The notes beneath the pieces are model-generated. The model was not told the DNA's origin. It worked only from the letters and a program-made list of their open reading frames with translations, and did no database searches. DNA of 64,000 nucleotides from a bacterium (lineage in GTDB: Bacteria > Acidobacteriota > Thermoanaerobaculia > Thermoanaerobaculales > Sulfomarinibacteraceae): NCBI GenBank assembly GCA_024229275.1, contig JAAESQ010000672.1, forward strand, positions 163 to 64,162. Reading direction: 5' to 3'. Numbering within the stretch: the first letter of the stretch is position 1; each line of letters begins with the position of its first letter. The translations under genes and the position numbers were made by a program. This document shows positions 42,851 through 50,992 of this stretch, piece after piece.

Positions 42851-43127
42851 GTGAAGGGTGAAGGGTGAAGGGTGAAGGGTGAAGAAAAGTACCACCCTTT
42901 GGCAGAATGTATCGGGAGCGAGCAGCCCGCAAACCTAGAGGTTCCCTGGCGCTTCGAAGCGAAGGACGCCCCACGCGTCGTAAATCCTGGCGATATTGGT
43001 GGCTTCGGCTCGATTTGCTAAAAATCACTTAGCTTGGTAGGCAGGAGCAACGCGAAACCGAGAGGCTGAGAGGTGAGACTGGTGGAGAGTTGGCCTGCTT
43101 CACCCCTTCACTCTTCACGCTTCACAC
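42851..43127. repeat. Heptamer tandem array (GTGAAGG x about 5) and an inverted degenerate array (CTTCAC x4) flanking about 210 bp
   Basis: Arrays at 42851-42884 and about 43098-43127 are reverse complements. Confidence 0.75.
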
Positions 43128-43132
43128 ACAAG

Positions 43133-43161
43133 AAAAGGGCGGGCTAAAAAAGCCCGCCCTT
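43133..43161 (-). terminator. Rho-independent terminator of korAB
   Basis: GGGCGGGCT-loop-AGCCCGCCC followed by TTTTCTT on the minus strand. Confidence 0.8.
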
Positions 43162-43182
43162 GATGTGTTCATTGCTCGTCAA

Positions 43183-44061
43183 TCACAGATCGGGAAAGAA
43201 GCCCTCCAGGATCTCCTTCGTCGATGGCGCCGGCTTGCCGTCCATCGAGACTTCCTTCATCCGGTCGAGCTGCTCGACCAATGTTGGTGTCTGCACTTCG
43301 TACAACACGCCGGCGGTAAGAACGTCCGTTTCGCGTGTGTACTTCAGCGCGTTTGCGCGACGTGTCGGATCGTGATCCTCCGGAAGATAGGTGAGCTTCT
43401 CCTTCATCTCTTTGAACTGACCATCACCGAGCCACGTGATGCACGGTGACATGACGTTGAGAAAAGAGAAGCCGTTGTGGCTGATGGCTTGGGTCACGAG
43501 CTCAACCAGGCCTTTCATGTCGCCCGAGAAACCGCGCCCGACCCAGGTTGCACCAGTCGACAGGGCGAGTTCGCACGGATCCACCGAAGGCTCTGGGTTA
43601 CCCCAGTACGTCGACTTCGTCTTGTTGCCAGTCGGCGTTGTCGGTGCGGCTTGACCCTTGGTCAGGCCGTAGATCTCGTTGTCCATCAGGATGTAGGTGA
43701 TATCCAGATTGCGTCGAGCCGTATGGATGAGATGGTTGCCACCAATGGCGAGGCCATCGCCGTCGCCGCCGACCGCGATTACCGTCAGCTCGGGACGCGC
43801 CACCTTGACTCCCGTGGCCAGGGGCAGAGCGCGACCATGAACGCCGTTGAACCCGTAGGTGTCGACATACCCGGGCAGACGAGAAGAACAGCCGATACCG
43901 GACAGGATGACGGTGTTCCATGGCTCGATCTGCAGCTTGACCATCGCACGGTAGAGCGCGCTGACGACGCCGAAGTCGCCGCAGCCAGGGCACCACACCG
44001 GCTTCAGATCAGACTTATAGTCCTTGACCTTGAACTCGGTTTTCATGGTTTCGGTGCTCAT
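43183..44061 (-). CDS. korB: 2-oxoacid:ferredoxin oxidoreductase beta subunit
   Basis: WCPGCGDFG, SGIGCS, HGRALP, GGDGD TPP motif, DNEIYGLTKGQ. Confidence 0.93.
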   Translation of the reverse strand: MSTETMKTEFKVKDYKSDLKPVWCPGCGDFGVVSALYRAMVKLQIEPWNTVILSGIGCSSRLPGYVDTYGFNGVHGRALPLATGVKVARPELTVIAVGGDGDGLAIGGNHLIHTARRNLDITYILMDNEIYGLTKGQAAPTTPTGNKTKSTYWGNPEPSVDPCELALSTGATWVGRGFSGDMKGLVELVTQAISHNGFSFLNVMSPCITWLGDGQFKEMKEKLTYLPEDHDPTRRANALKYTRETDVLTAGVLYEVQTPTLVEQLDRMKEVSMDGKPAPSTKEILEGFFPDL

Positions 44062-45833
44062 ACCAGAACCTCCCGCCTGAGGGCGCCCATCTCGAGCACC
44101 TTCTTAACCTTATCCTCAACCTCACCGACTGTGAGGTTCTTGCCGCCAGACCGCTTGTACACGTACGTGTGGCCTTCAGGCAGCTCGAGGAAGGTGCGTA
44201 GGTATTTGTAGAACTGCGCCGAGTAGCTGAGTTCCACCACGATGATCTCCTTGCAGCTCGAAACGAACTCCTGGAACTCGTGGTAGGGGAATGGGTAGAG
44301 CAGTTGTGGCACGAAAGCGGCTACTTTCTCGCCGCGTCCATTGGCCTTGAGCACGGCCTCCTTGACCGGACCCTTTGATGAACCCCAGCAAATGATGCCG
44401 ACATCCGCTCGCTCGGCTCCATAGCGGCGCACGAAGCTGTAGTTCGCGCGGACCTGACGAAGCTTGCGATAGCGCTTGTCGTTCATCTTCTCGTGCACGA
44501 GATACATTGAGGACGGTTTACCGAACTCGTCGTGCTCGAGACCGTTGGTCTGGTACTCGCCGCCCTTCATTCCAGGCCACGTCATCGGGGAGATGCCCGA
44601 TCTTGTGTCCTTGTAGCGCTTGTAGTTATCAAGTTCACCAATGCTCGGCACTTGGCGCCCGGTGACATCGTGATCGAGCGTGAGCATAGACAGCGTTTCG
44701 CGCCGTTGAGCGATGAACTGATCGGACAGAACAATGACCGGTACCTGCGCTTCTTCAGCGATGTTGAAGGCAGCAACCGTCGCGTGGAAGCAATCCTCCA
44801 CATCGGCTGGAGCGAGCACAACACGCGGAGCATCACCGTGGGAGCCCCAAAGAGCCTGCCACAGGTCTGATTGCTCACTCTTGGTGGGCAATCCCGTCGA
44901 CGGTCCGCCACGCTGCACGTCAATGATCACCGCGGGAATCTCGGCCATGGAGGCCAATCCCAACATTTCGGTCATGAGAGCGAGGCCCGGACCAGATGTC
45001 GCCGTCATTGACTTCACTCCGGCAAAGGAGCCGCCGATTACGGCTCCGATGGCCGAGAGCTCGTCTTCTGTCTGAACGAGGTAGCCGCCTGTCTTTGGCA
45101 TCCACTCGGACAGATAGTGAAGAATCTCAGACGATGGAGTGATCGGATAGCCGGCAAAAAACTTACAGCCGGCATGGAGCGCACCAACGGCCGAAGCTTC
45201 GTTGCCCGACATCAGCAACATCGGTTCCGACTCGACATACTGCATGCGTTTGCCGGTGGCGTGCTCGGCGAGCTTTACTGCATACTCGCTACCCGCGTCG
45301 AAGCCCTTGAGATTGACCTCGAGGACTTCCTTCTTCTTCTTGGCAAACCTCTTGATCACAGCTTTTCTCAACTGCTCCTTCGGAAGCTTGAAGAGTTCGC
45401 AGAGCAGACCCAGAGTAACGATGTTCTTCGCCAGGGTCGTGCCCGCCGCCTCCTTGGCAAGCTCGATGAAGGGAACGGGGACAAAGCGAACATCGGAGTT
45501 TCCGAGATCCACGTCCTCGAGGGGAGTTGTATCTGACTCTTCGTAGAGGACGACCGCATCCGAGGCCGCGATGATCTCCCCCCTGAAGCGTCCAAAATCG
45601 CTCCAGTTGAAAACCACCAACACCTCGATTTGATCGCCCTGGGCGAAGATGGGATCGGCACTCACACGGACCGTGCACGAGGATTCGCCTCCTCGAATTT
45701 GTGGGCCGTAGGCCTCGACCTTCATGACATGAAGTCCATGACTCGCACCGGCTTGTGCGATCATGTCTCCCATTGTGATAACACCATCACCGCCCGAACC
45801 AACCATGGCTAGGGTGAGATCCCGAACCGGCAT
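44058..45833 (-). CDS. korA: 2-oxoacid:ferredoxin oxidoreductase alpha subunit (gamma-alpha fusion)
   Basis: GSGGDG, QIRGGES, AGYPITPSSE, TATSGPG, QRGGPSTGLPTK. Confidence 0.93.
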   Translation of the reverse strand: MPVRDLTLAMVGSGGDGVITMGDMIAQAGASHGLHVMKVEAYGPQIRGGESSCTVRVSADPIFAQGDQIEVLVVFNWSDFGRFRGEIIAASDAVVLYEESDTTPLEDVDLGNSDVRFVPVPFIELAKEAAGTTLAKNIVTLGLLCELFKLPKEQLRKAVIKRFAKKKKEVLEVNLKGFDAGSEYAVKLAEHATGKRMQYVESEPMLLMSGNEASAVGALHAGCKFFAGYPITPSSEILHYLSEWMPKTGGYLVQTEDELSAIGAVIGGSFAGVKSMTATSGPGLALMTEMLGLASMAEIPAVIIDVQRGGPSTGLPTKSEQSDLWQALWGSHGDAPRVVLAPADVEDCFHATVAAFNIAEEAQVPVIVLSDQFIAQRRETLSMLTLDHDVTGRQVPSIGELDNYKRYKDTRSGISPMTWPGMKGGEYQTNGLEHDEFGKPSSMYLVHEKMNDKRYRKLRQVRANYSFVRRYGAERADVGIICWGSSKGPVKEAVLKANGRGEKVAAFVPQLLYPFPYHEFQEFVSSCKEIIVVELSYSAQFYKYLRTFLELPEGHTYVYKRSGGKNLTVGEVEDKVKKVLEMGALRREVLV

Positions 45834-45875
45834 GCTCAGTGTCCTCCCTTCGCGGCATAGTGCCGCATTGCGAGA

Positions 45876-45893
45876 TTGTGAACCTGTTCACGT
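45876..45893. promoter_or_regulatory. Rex-like operator TTGTGAA-CCTG-TTCACGT upstream of korA
   Basis: Matches 12 of 14 specified positions of TTGTGAA-N4-TTCACAA, about 45 nt before the ATG. Confidence 0.55.
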
Positions 45894-46012
45894 GAAAAGT
45901 CCATTAGGTTTGACAATCGAATTGCATTATTTTCGTGAAGCATTCAAGAACTCTTCAGAGCACTGCACAAAGCACCCTGCAGAAATACTCTCGACCACCC
46001 AAAAGGCTGCTT

Positions 46013-47308
46013 TTACGAAGCGAACTCCCTTTTATCCGTAGGCACCGACGACGGGTCATTCTCACTTGGCTTGTGGGCAATAATGGAGAAGTCCCGAGGC
46101 CCATTGAGGTGCTCGTCGAGCTTCTGAATGACCTCTCGGAGACGCTCATCCAATGGTTGTCCTGAATCGACCTCCAACCCGAGGGCTGCCTCGAGTCGCT
46201 GATCGTCCGGAAACGGATGAAGCAGTTCCACACGATCGACAACGAAACCCGCAGCAACGAGGAACAGACGCAAGGTTTCCGCCGGTAGTGGACGAATGTG
46301 AGTCGGATCCAGCCAAAACTCATTGGCGCCGACCCTGAGAGTGTTCGGATTCGGGCTCTCGATCAAAATCACGCCGCCCGGCCTCAATATTCTCCTCGCC
46401 TCATTCAGAGTGAGCACGAGCTGGCGTGTGCTGAGGTGCTCGAACACATGAATTGCAGTGACGGATCCCAAGCTACCATCGCTCTCAGTGTGAATCGCGT
46501 CAATAAGATCACCCTCGACGACTTGCAGACCACGACGACGGGCCGCAGCGGCGGTCGCCGGATCGTGTTCCACACCTCTGCTGCTGACCCCCGCTTCGCG
46601 CAGGAGTAGGAGAAGCTCGCCGCGACCACAACCAAGATCGAGTACTGGGGCGGCATCCTTGAGTAGGTCGAGATACGGCCGAAGGCGATGCTGGATTTCT
46701 GACTCTGATCCCCTGAGTTTGCGAAACAGATCAGCATGGACTTCGGTCATCGCCTCAGCGAGGTTTTCTTCTGAAACGCCTTCAGAAGACGGCAACGGCA
46801 GCGGCTCTCGGGCCGCGACCCTTTCGAGTAGCGAGGCGTTCTCCTCGATTTGCCTCGTAAGCCGATCGATCAACGCATCGATTCGACCAACTGCGGCCGG
46901 CACAACGGCTCCACGGATTCGTGCCAGTTCCTCAACCTGACGCTCGAGATTCTCTTCAACGGCGCCGAGGCGATGCTCGACCGGCGGGATCCGATCCGCC
47001 TGCAGGCGTTGAATCTCTCTCTCGGCGCCCTGCAACTCTGCGTGAACGCTATGCAGATGAGCCTCAACCGCGTCGAAGCGCTTGTCGGCCTTCACCCGAG
47101 CCTCGAAAGCCGCTTCTTCCTTGATGCGGCTTTGGGCGATGATCTGCTCGTGACGATCCAGGCCCGCATGAAGTTCGTTGAGCTGTTTCACGATTCGCCA
47201 AGGCAATAATGAGAGAAGGGCCTTCGCCATCTTGTGGTGCAGGCCCTTCTTCGAAACCGGTTTGTTTGCTCGGCTCGCTATCGGATCGACAGGTTCAGTG
47301 TCGCTCAC
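46013..47308 (-). CDS. Class I SAM methyltransferase with long N-terminal coiled coil (glycan chain-terminator-like)
   Basis: Heptad-rich N-terminal half; LRGSE, VLDLGCGRGE, HVFEHL, ESPNP, FWLDPTHIRP. Confidence 0.8.
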   Translation of the reverse strand: MSDTEPVDPIASRANKPVSKKGLHHKMAKALLSLLPWRIVKQLNELHAGLDRHEQIIAQSRIKEEAAFEARVKADKRFDAVEAHLHSVHAELQGAEREIQRLQADRIPPVEHRLGAVEENLERQVEELARIRGAVVPAAVGRIDALIDRLTRQIEENASLLERVAAREPLPLPSSEGVSEENLAEAMTEVHADLFRKLRGSESEIQHRLRPYLDLLKDAAPVLDLGCGRGELLLLLREAGVSSRGVEHDPATAAAARRRGLQVVEGDLIDAIHTESDGSLGSVTAIHVFEHLSTRQLVLTLNEARRILRPGGVILIESPNPNTLRVGANEFWLDPTHIRPLPAETLRLFLVAAGFVVDRVELLHPFPDDQRLEAALGLEVDSGQPLDERLREVIQKLDEHLNGPRDFSIIAHKPSENDPSSVPTDKREFAS

Positions 47309-47399
47309 GTCCCCTCCGAGTCCGGATGGTTCGTTGGATCGAGGTCAGACCTTCGAAAAAAGCCTTGGCGTGCGACAGTCGTTGACACTGTCAGAATTC

Positions 47400-47933
47400 C
47401 TATGCTTCTTCAGCCGGCTCCTCAGTATCGACGACAACGTCACTGCTCTGGGCTGTCGGCTCCTCTTCGGTCTCCTCGACGTATTTCTCACCCGGTCGAA
47501 CAACGGTCAATGGCAGGACAACGCGAACATCGCGATGAATATGGACATTGACGTCAAACTTTCCGAGTTCCTTGATCGGGTTCTCCAACTGGACCCGACG
47601 ACGATCGATCTCAAAGCCCTTCTCGGCGAGCTCCCGCGCGATATCCGCAGAAGTTACCGAACCGAAGAGAACGTCTTTCTCTCCGGCTCGTCGCTCGAAG
47701 TTGAGCGACACGCCGTGGAGACTTGCGGCAACCTTCTCAGCGGCTGAGTGTCGCTTGAGATCCATCTCTTCCCAATTCGCCTGGTCCTGCTCGAATTGCC
47801 GACGGTTGCCTGGCGAATCCGGATAGGCAAAGCCTTTCGGAATGAGAAAGTTGCGAGCGTAACCGGGACGAACGGTAACCGAGTCACCGCGCTCTCCCAG
47901 GTGTTCTACATGGTCGTTCAATATCACTTTCAT
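47400..47933 (-). CDS. rplI: 50S ribosomal protein L9
   Basis: MKVIL..LG..GD.V.VRPGYARNFLIP, LFGSVT, PIKELG. Confidence 0.96.
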   Translation of the reverse strand: MKVILNDHVEHLGERGDSVTVRPGYARNFLIPKGFAYPDSPGNRRQFEQDQANWEEMDLKRHSAAEKVAASLHGVSLNFERRAGEKDVLFGSVTSADIARELAEKGFEIDRRRVQLENPIKELGKFDVNVHIHRDVRVVLPLTVVRPGEKYVEETEEEPTAQSSDVVVDTEEPAEEA

Positions 47934-48940
47934 GAGTTTCCTCCGCCTGTGTCCTTCCGAGGTCTGAGCCGATAGAAGCTGTCTACGATACCCAGCGCTG
48001 CAACCACAACGGGTATTGGCATTCGAAGACAGAGCAGGCCAAGTCCCCAACGGACAAACCACCCACGCCCAACCCAGCGCGCAAGGTGGGCCCGGATAAT
48101 AGCCAATCCGTGAGCGAAATACAAGATCATGACTGTCATCAGCAGGTTGATTGCGATCCAGCGCGGCGTTCCATCCAACAATAGGGTCCCGACGCCGGTT
48201 GCCACAAAGGCCCACGGAAGCATTTCGTCGCTCGAATACTCCTCAAACGCCACGGCAGGAACCTTGAGACCCAGAATTGCCAATCGAGGGCGCACCCAGA
48301 ACAAAATCAACACAAGGTAGCCTATTGGCACGCTAGGCATGATCCATTTGAGAGAGGCCTCGAGTCGGTCGATTTCCCGGTAGAGTTCAGCCTTGGGAAC
48401 GCCTGCGCTACCGGACATCTCGGCAATCTCGTCGAACGGACCTTGCATTACGGCAGCAGTGTAAGTGAGGGGATCTTCCGGAAGGGCCATCAACGCCACT
48501 ACAAGTAGGCTAAGTGCTGCCATGAACGCACTGTTAAGCGCAATCCAACGTCCTTGACTCCATCCGTATCGAGACCACGCCTCGACACTGACCGCAGGGA
48601 TGACCACAACGAACAGGTATGCCCCCAAGATCACAGCCCACGTGGCCCCTCCACCAGCGAGAATAACCACAATCAAGCCCGCTACGACCCAACTCCAGGC
48701 CATTGCAGTCGTTCGCCCGGCAGGCACCTGCTGCAGCACTGGAATCAGAGCGAGCGGAGCGACAAGCAGTCCAAATCCGGGCAGCACGACAAGGCTGGCT
48801 GCAAGAGCCAACGACGCCACACCCGCCACGCCGGCACTGAGCCGGCGAGGAGGGGGCTTCACCGATTCTCGGTGTTCGAGTTCAGCCTGAGGCTGGGCGT
48901 CTGGTTCCACTGTGGCGGCCCTTCGTCGGTGGCTGGTCAA
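47930..48940 (-). CDS. DUF2232 (YybS-like) membrane protein
   Basis: Multiple TM helices, GLAII and LGIVDSFYRLR C-terminus, typical position between rpsR and rplI. Confidence 0.8.
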   Translation of the reverse strand: MTSHRRRAATVEPDAQPQAELEHRESVKPPPRRLSAGVAGVASLALAASLVVLPGFGLLVAPLALIPVLQQVPAGRTTAMAWSWVVAGLIVVILAGGGATWAVILGAYLFVVVIPAVSVEAWSRYGWSQGRWIALNSAFMAALSLLVVALMALPEDPLTYTAAVMQGPFDEIAEMSGSAGVPKAELYREIDRLEASLKWIMPSVPIGYLVLILFWVRPRLAILGLKVPAVAFEEYSSDEMLPWAFVATGVGTLLLDGTPRWIAINLLMTVMILYFAHGLAIIRAHLARWVGRGWFVRWGLGLLCLRMPIPVVVAALGIVDSFYRLRPRKDTGGGNS

Positions 48941-48967
48941 CGAATCCCGCTGCCGACGAATCGGCTC

Positions 48968-49201
48968 CTACTCACCCACGTAGGGAAGCAGCGCCATGTG
49001 TCGCGCTCGCTTGATGGCGCGTGCGAGCTTGTGTTGAAACGCCGGTCGCGTCCCTGTCACTCGACGGGGCAGGATCTTCCCGTTGGTCGGCGTGTACTCA
49101 CGCAGAAGGTCCATGTTCTTGTAGTCGATGTAGTGGATTTTCTCGACCGTGAAGCGGCAAATTTTGACTCGGCGACGAAACTTTCTCTTCTGATGACCCA
49201 T
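48968..49201 (-). CDS. rpsR: 30S ribosomal protein S18
   Basis: [28 protein letters not shown]. Confidence 0.97.
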   Translation of the reverse strand: MGHQKRKFRRRVKICRFTVEKIHYIDYKNMDLLREYTPTNGKILPRRVTGTRPAFQHKLARAIKRARHMALLPYVGE

Positions 49202-49213
49202 CGCTTCTACTCC

Positions 49214-49603
49214 CTAGCTGCTGGCGTCATCGGCCTTGGCTTTTGCCTCGGCCTTCGCCGCCTTCTTGGCAGCCTTCGCCTGCAGTAGGCGATCCGTTTT
49301 CTGTTGACGCTTCATCTCACGATCCAGATTCAGAATCAGCGACCGCATTACAACATCGTTCGTCCGCAGTTCGAAATTGAGATCGGTCAGTGCCTGTCCG
49401 TCAACCTCAAACTTCCAGAAGTGGTAGACGCCGTAAGTCCTCTTCTTGATCGGATAGGCGAGACGTCGACGACCCCTGGCATCCTTTTCTACGACGATTC
49501 CTTTGCGATCGGTGATGACTTTTTCGAGGCGATCCAGAGCGGTTGCTTCGTCGTCTGGTCCTGCCTCGGGGTCCATCATGACCCCCAGCTCGTACAGTGG
49601 CAT
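49214..49603 (-). CDS. rpsF: 30S ribosomal protein S6
   Basis: YEL, GRRRLAYPIKK, G.Y, VMRSLI. Confidence 0.95.
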   Translation of the reverse strand: MPLYELGVMMDPEAGPDDEATALDRLEKVITDRKGIVVEKDARGRRRLAYPIKKRTYGVYHFWKFEVDGQALTDLNFELRTNDVVMRSLILNLDREMKRQQKTDRLLQAKAAKKAAKAEAKAKADDASS

Positions 49604-49685
49604 TGTTTCCTCCTCTCGGCCTTCGGCCCCAATCTCGCTGGATGGGGGCGAGGAGCTGGTTCCTCCCCGGTCAGACCGGGAGCCG
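49604..49685 (-). promoter_or_regulatory. Structured rpsF 5' leader, candidate S6:S18 autoregulatory element
   Basis: CTCCTC can pair with the GAGGAG Shine-Dalgarno; several small hairpins and C-rich tract. Confidence 0.45.
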
Positions 49686-49751
49686 GTATTGTACTCGAAA
49701 GCTCTCGAAAGGCAAGCGTTTGCTCTTCAGTGGCCTTCAGTCCACACAAGT

Positions 49752-50807
49752 TCACCGCAACCCGGATGGATATCCATCCGGTGGGTGGTCGTAATCAACG
49801 CCGGATTCCCCTTCAATGACGTTTCCCATCGGGAAGCCCGGGCAGTCATTCTCGCGCAACGTTTTCAACACGCGCTCCAAGTGTTTGGCCTCGACGATGA
49901 GGACCATTCCGACTCCAAGATTGAAGGTTCGCCACAAATCGTTCTCTGGAACACGCCCTTTTTCGGCCAGGAGACGGAACACCGCCGGCACATCCCAGGC
50001 GCCGACTTTGACCACAGCGCGACAGTTGTCTGGCATGACCCTGGGGAGGTTATCTGTGATCCCTCCGCCCGTGATATGCGCGATGCCGCGAACAAGCCGA
50101 GCCTCTATCAACGGCCAAACCGGTTCGAGATAGCACTTGTGAACCGCCAGCAACTCCTCACCGACACTGCGCCCAAGTTCCGGCACCTGATCGTCAACTG
50201 AGTATCCGAGCTTGTCTAGGAGCACCAACCGCGCTAGCGAGTAACCGTTGGTGTGCAATCCTGTTGACGGCAAACCAACGAGAATGTTGCCCGGACGAAC
50301 TTGAGAGCCATCGAGAAGCTTTTTGCGGTCTGCAATACCAACGATGAATCCGGCAAGGTCGTACTCTTCGTCGGAATAGAAGCCCGGCATTTCAGCAGTC
50401 TCTCCACCGAGTAAGGCCACGCCTGCCTCACGACATGCTGTGGCAACGCCACCAATGACCTCAGCTGCCATCCCCGGTTCGAGCTGGCCGGTCGCAAGAT
50501 AGTCGAGAAAGAAAAGGGGACGGGCGCCCTGCACCAGAATGTCGTTGATGCAATGATTCACGAGATCCTGCCCCACCGTTCCATGACGCCCAGTGAGAAA
50601 AGCGACCTTGAGCTTGGTGCCGACTCCGTCGGCTGAAGCCACCATGATCGGTTCTTTCAAATCCTTCGGCACTCGGAACATCCCCCCGAACGCGCCTTGG
50701 TCGGAGAGAACGCCATCTGTGTAGGTGGCACGCACAAGGTTCTTGACTCCCTCCAACGCTTTGTCCTGAGCATCGATATCGACTCCGGCCTCACGATAGG
50801 TGGTCAC
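49752..50807 (-). CDS. purM: Phosphoribosylformylglycinamidine cyclo-ligase (AIR synthetase)
   Basis: YREAGVDI, DGVGTK, LGGETAEMPG, GLHTNGYSL, HITGGG, TFNLGVGM; GGAGG RBS before GTG 50807. Confidence 0.96.
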   Translation of the reverse strand: MTTYREAGVDIDAQDKALEGVKNLVRATYTDGVLSDQGAFGGMFRVPKDLKEPIMVASADGVGTKLKVAFLTGRHGTVGQDLVNHCINDILVQGARPLFFLDYLATGQLEPGMAAEVIGGVATACREAGVALLGGETAEMPGFYSDEEYDLAGFIVGIADRKKLLDGSQVRPGNILVGLPSTGLHTNGYSLARLVLLDKLGYSVDDQVPELGRSVGEELLAVHKCYLEPVWPLIEARLVRGIAHITGGGITDNLPRVMPDNCRAVVKVGAWDVPAVFRLLAEKGRVPENDLWRTFNLGVGMVLIVEAKHLERVLKTLRENDCPGFPMGNVIEGESGVDYDHPPDGYPSGLR

Positions 50808-50992
50808 TGGGCCCTCCATTTCCGGCGCTTGCCTGATCCAAAACACAACTCTATACGCCGTACTTTCCTGGGCCGTCACCATAGCCTTTGGTGCGATTCG
50901 AGACAAGTAAGAGTCGACTTTATGTCCGTGAATCGCTGACTTCGAGAACTCCGCACTGGCGTAGAACGCACGTTCTTGATACAAACTGGTCC

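Noticed and set aside
42851-42884. CRISPR array
   Set aside because: Contiguous 7-bp units with no spacers and no cas genes.
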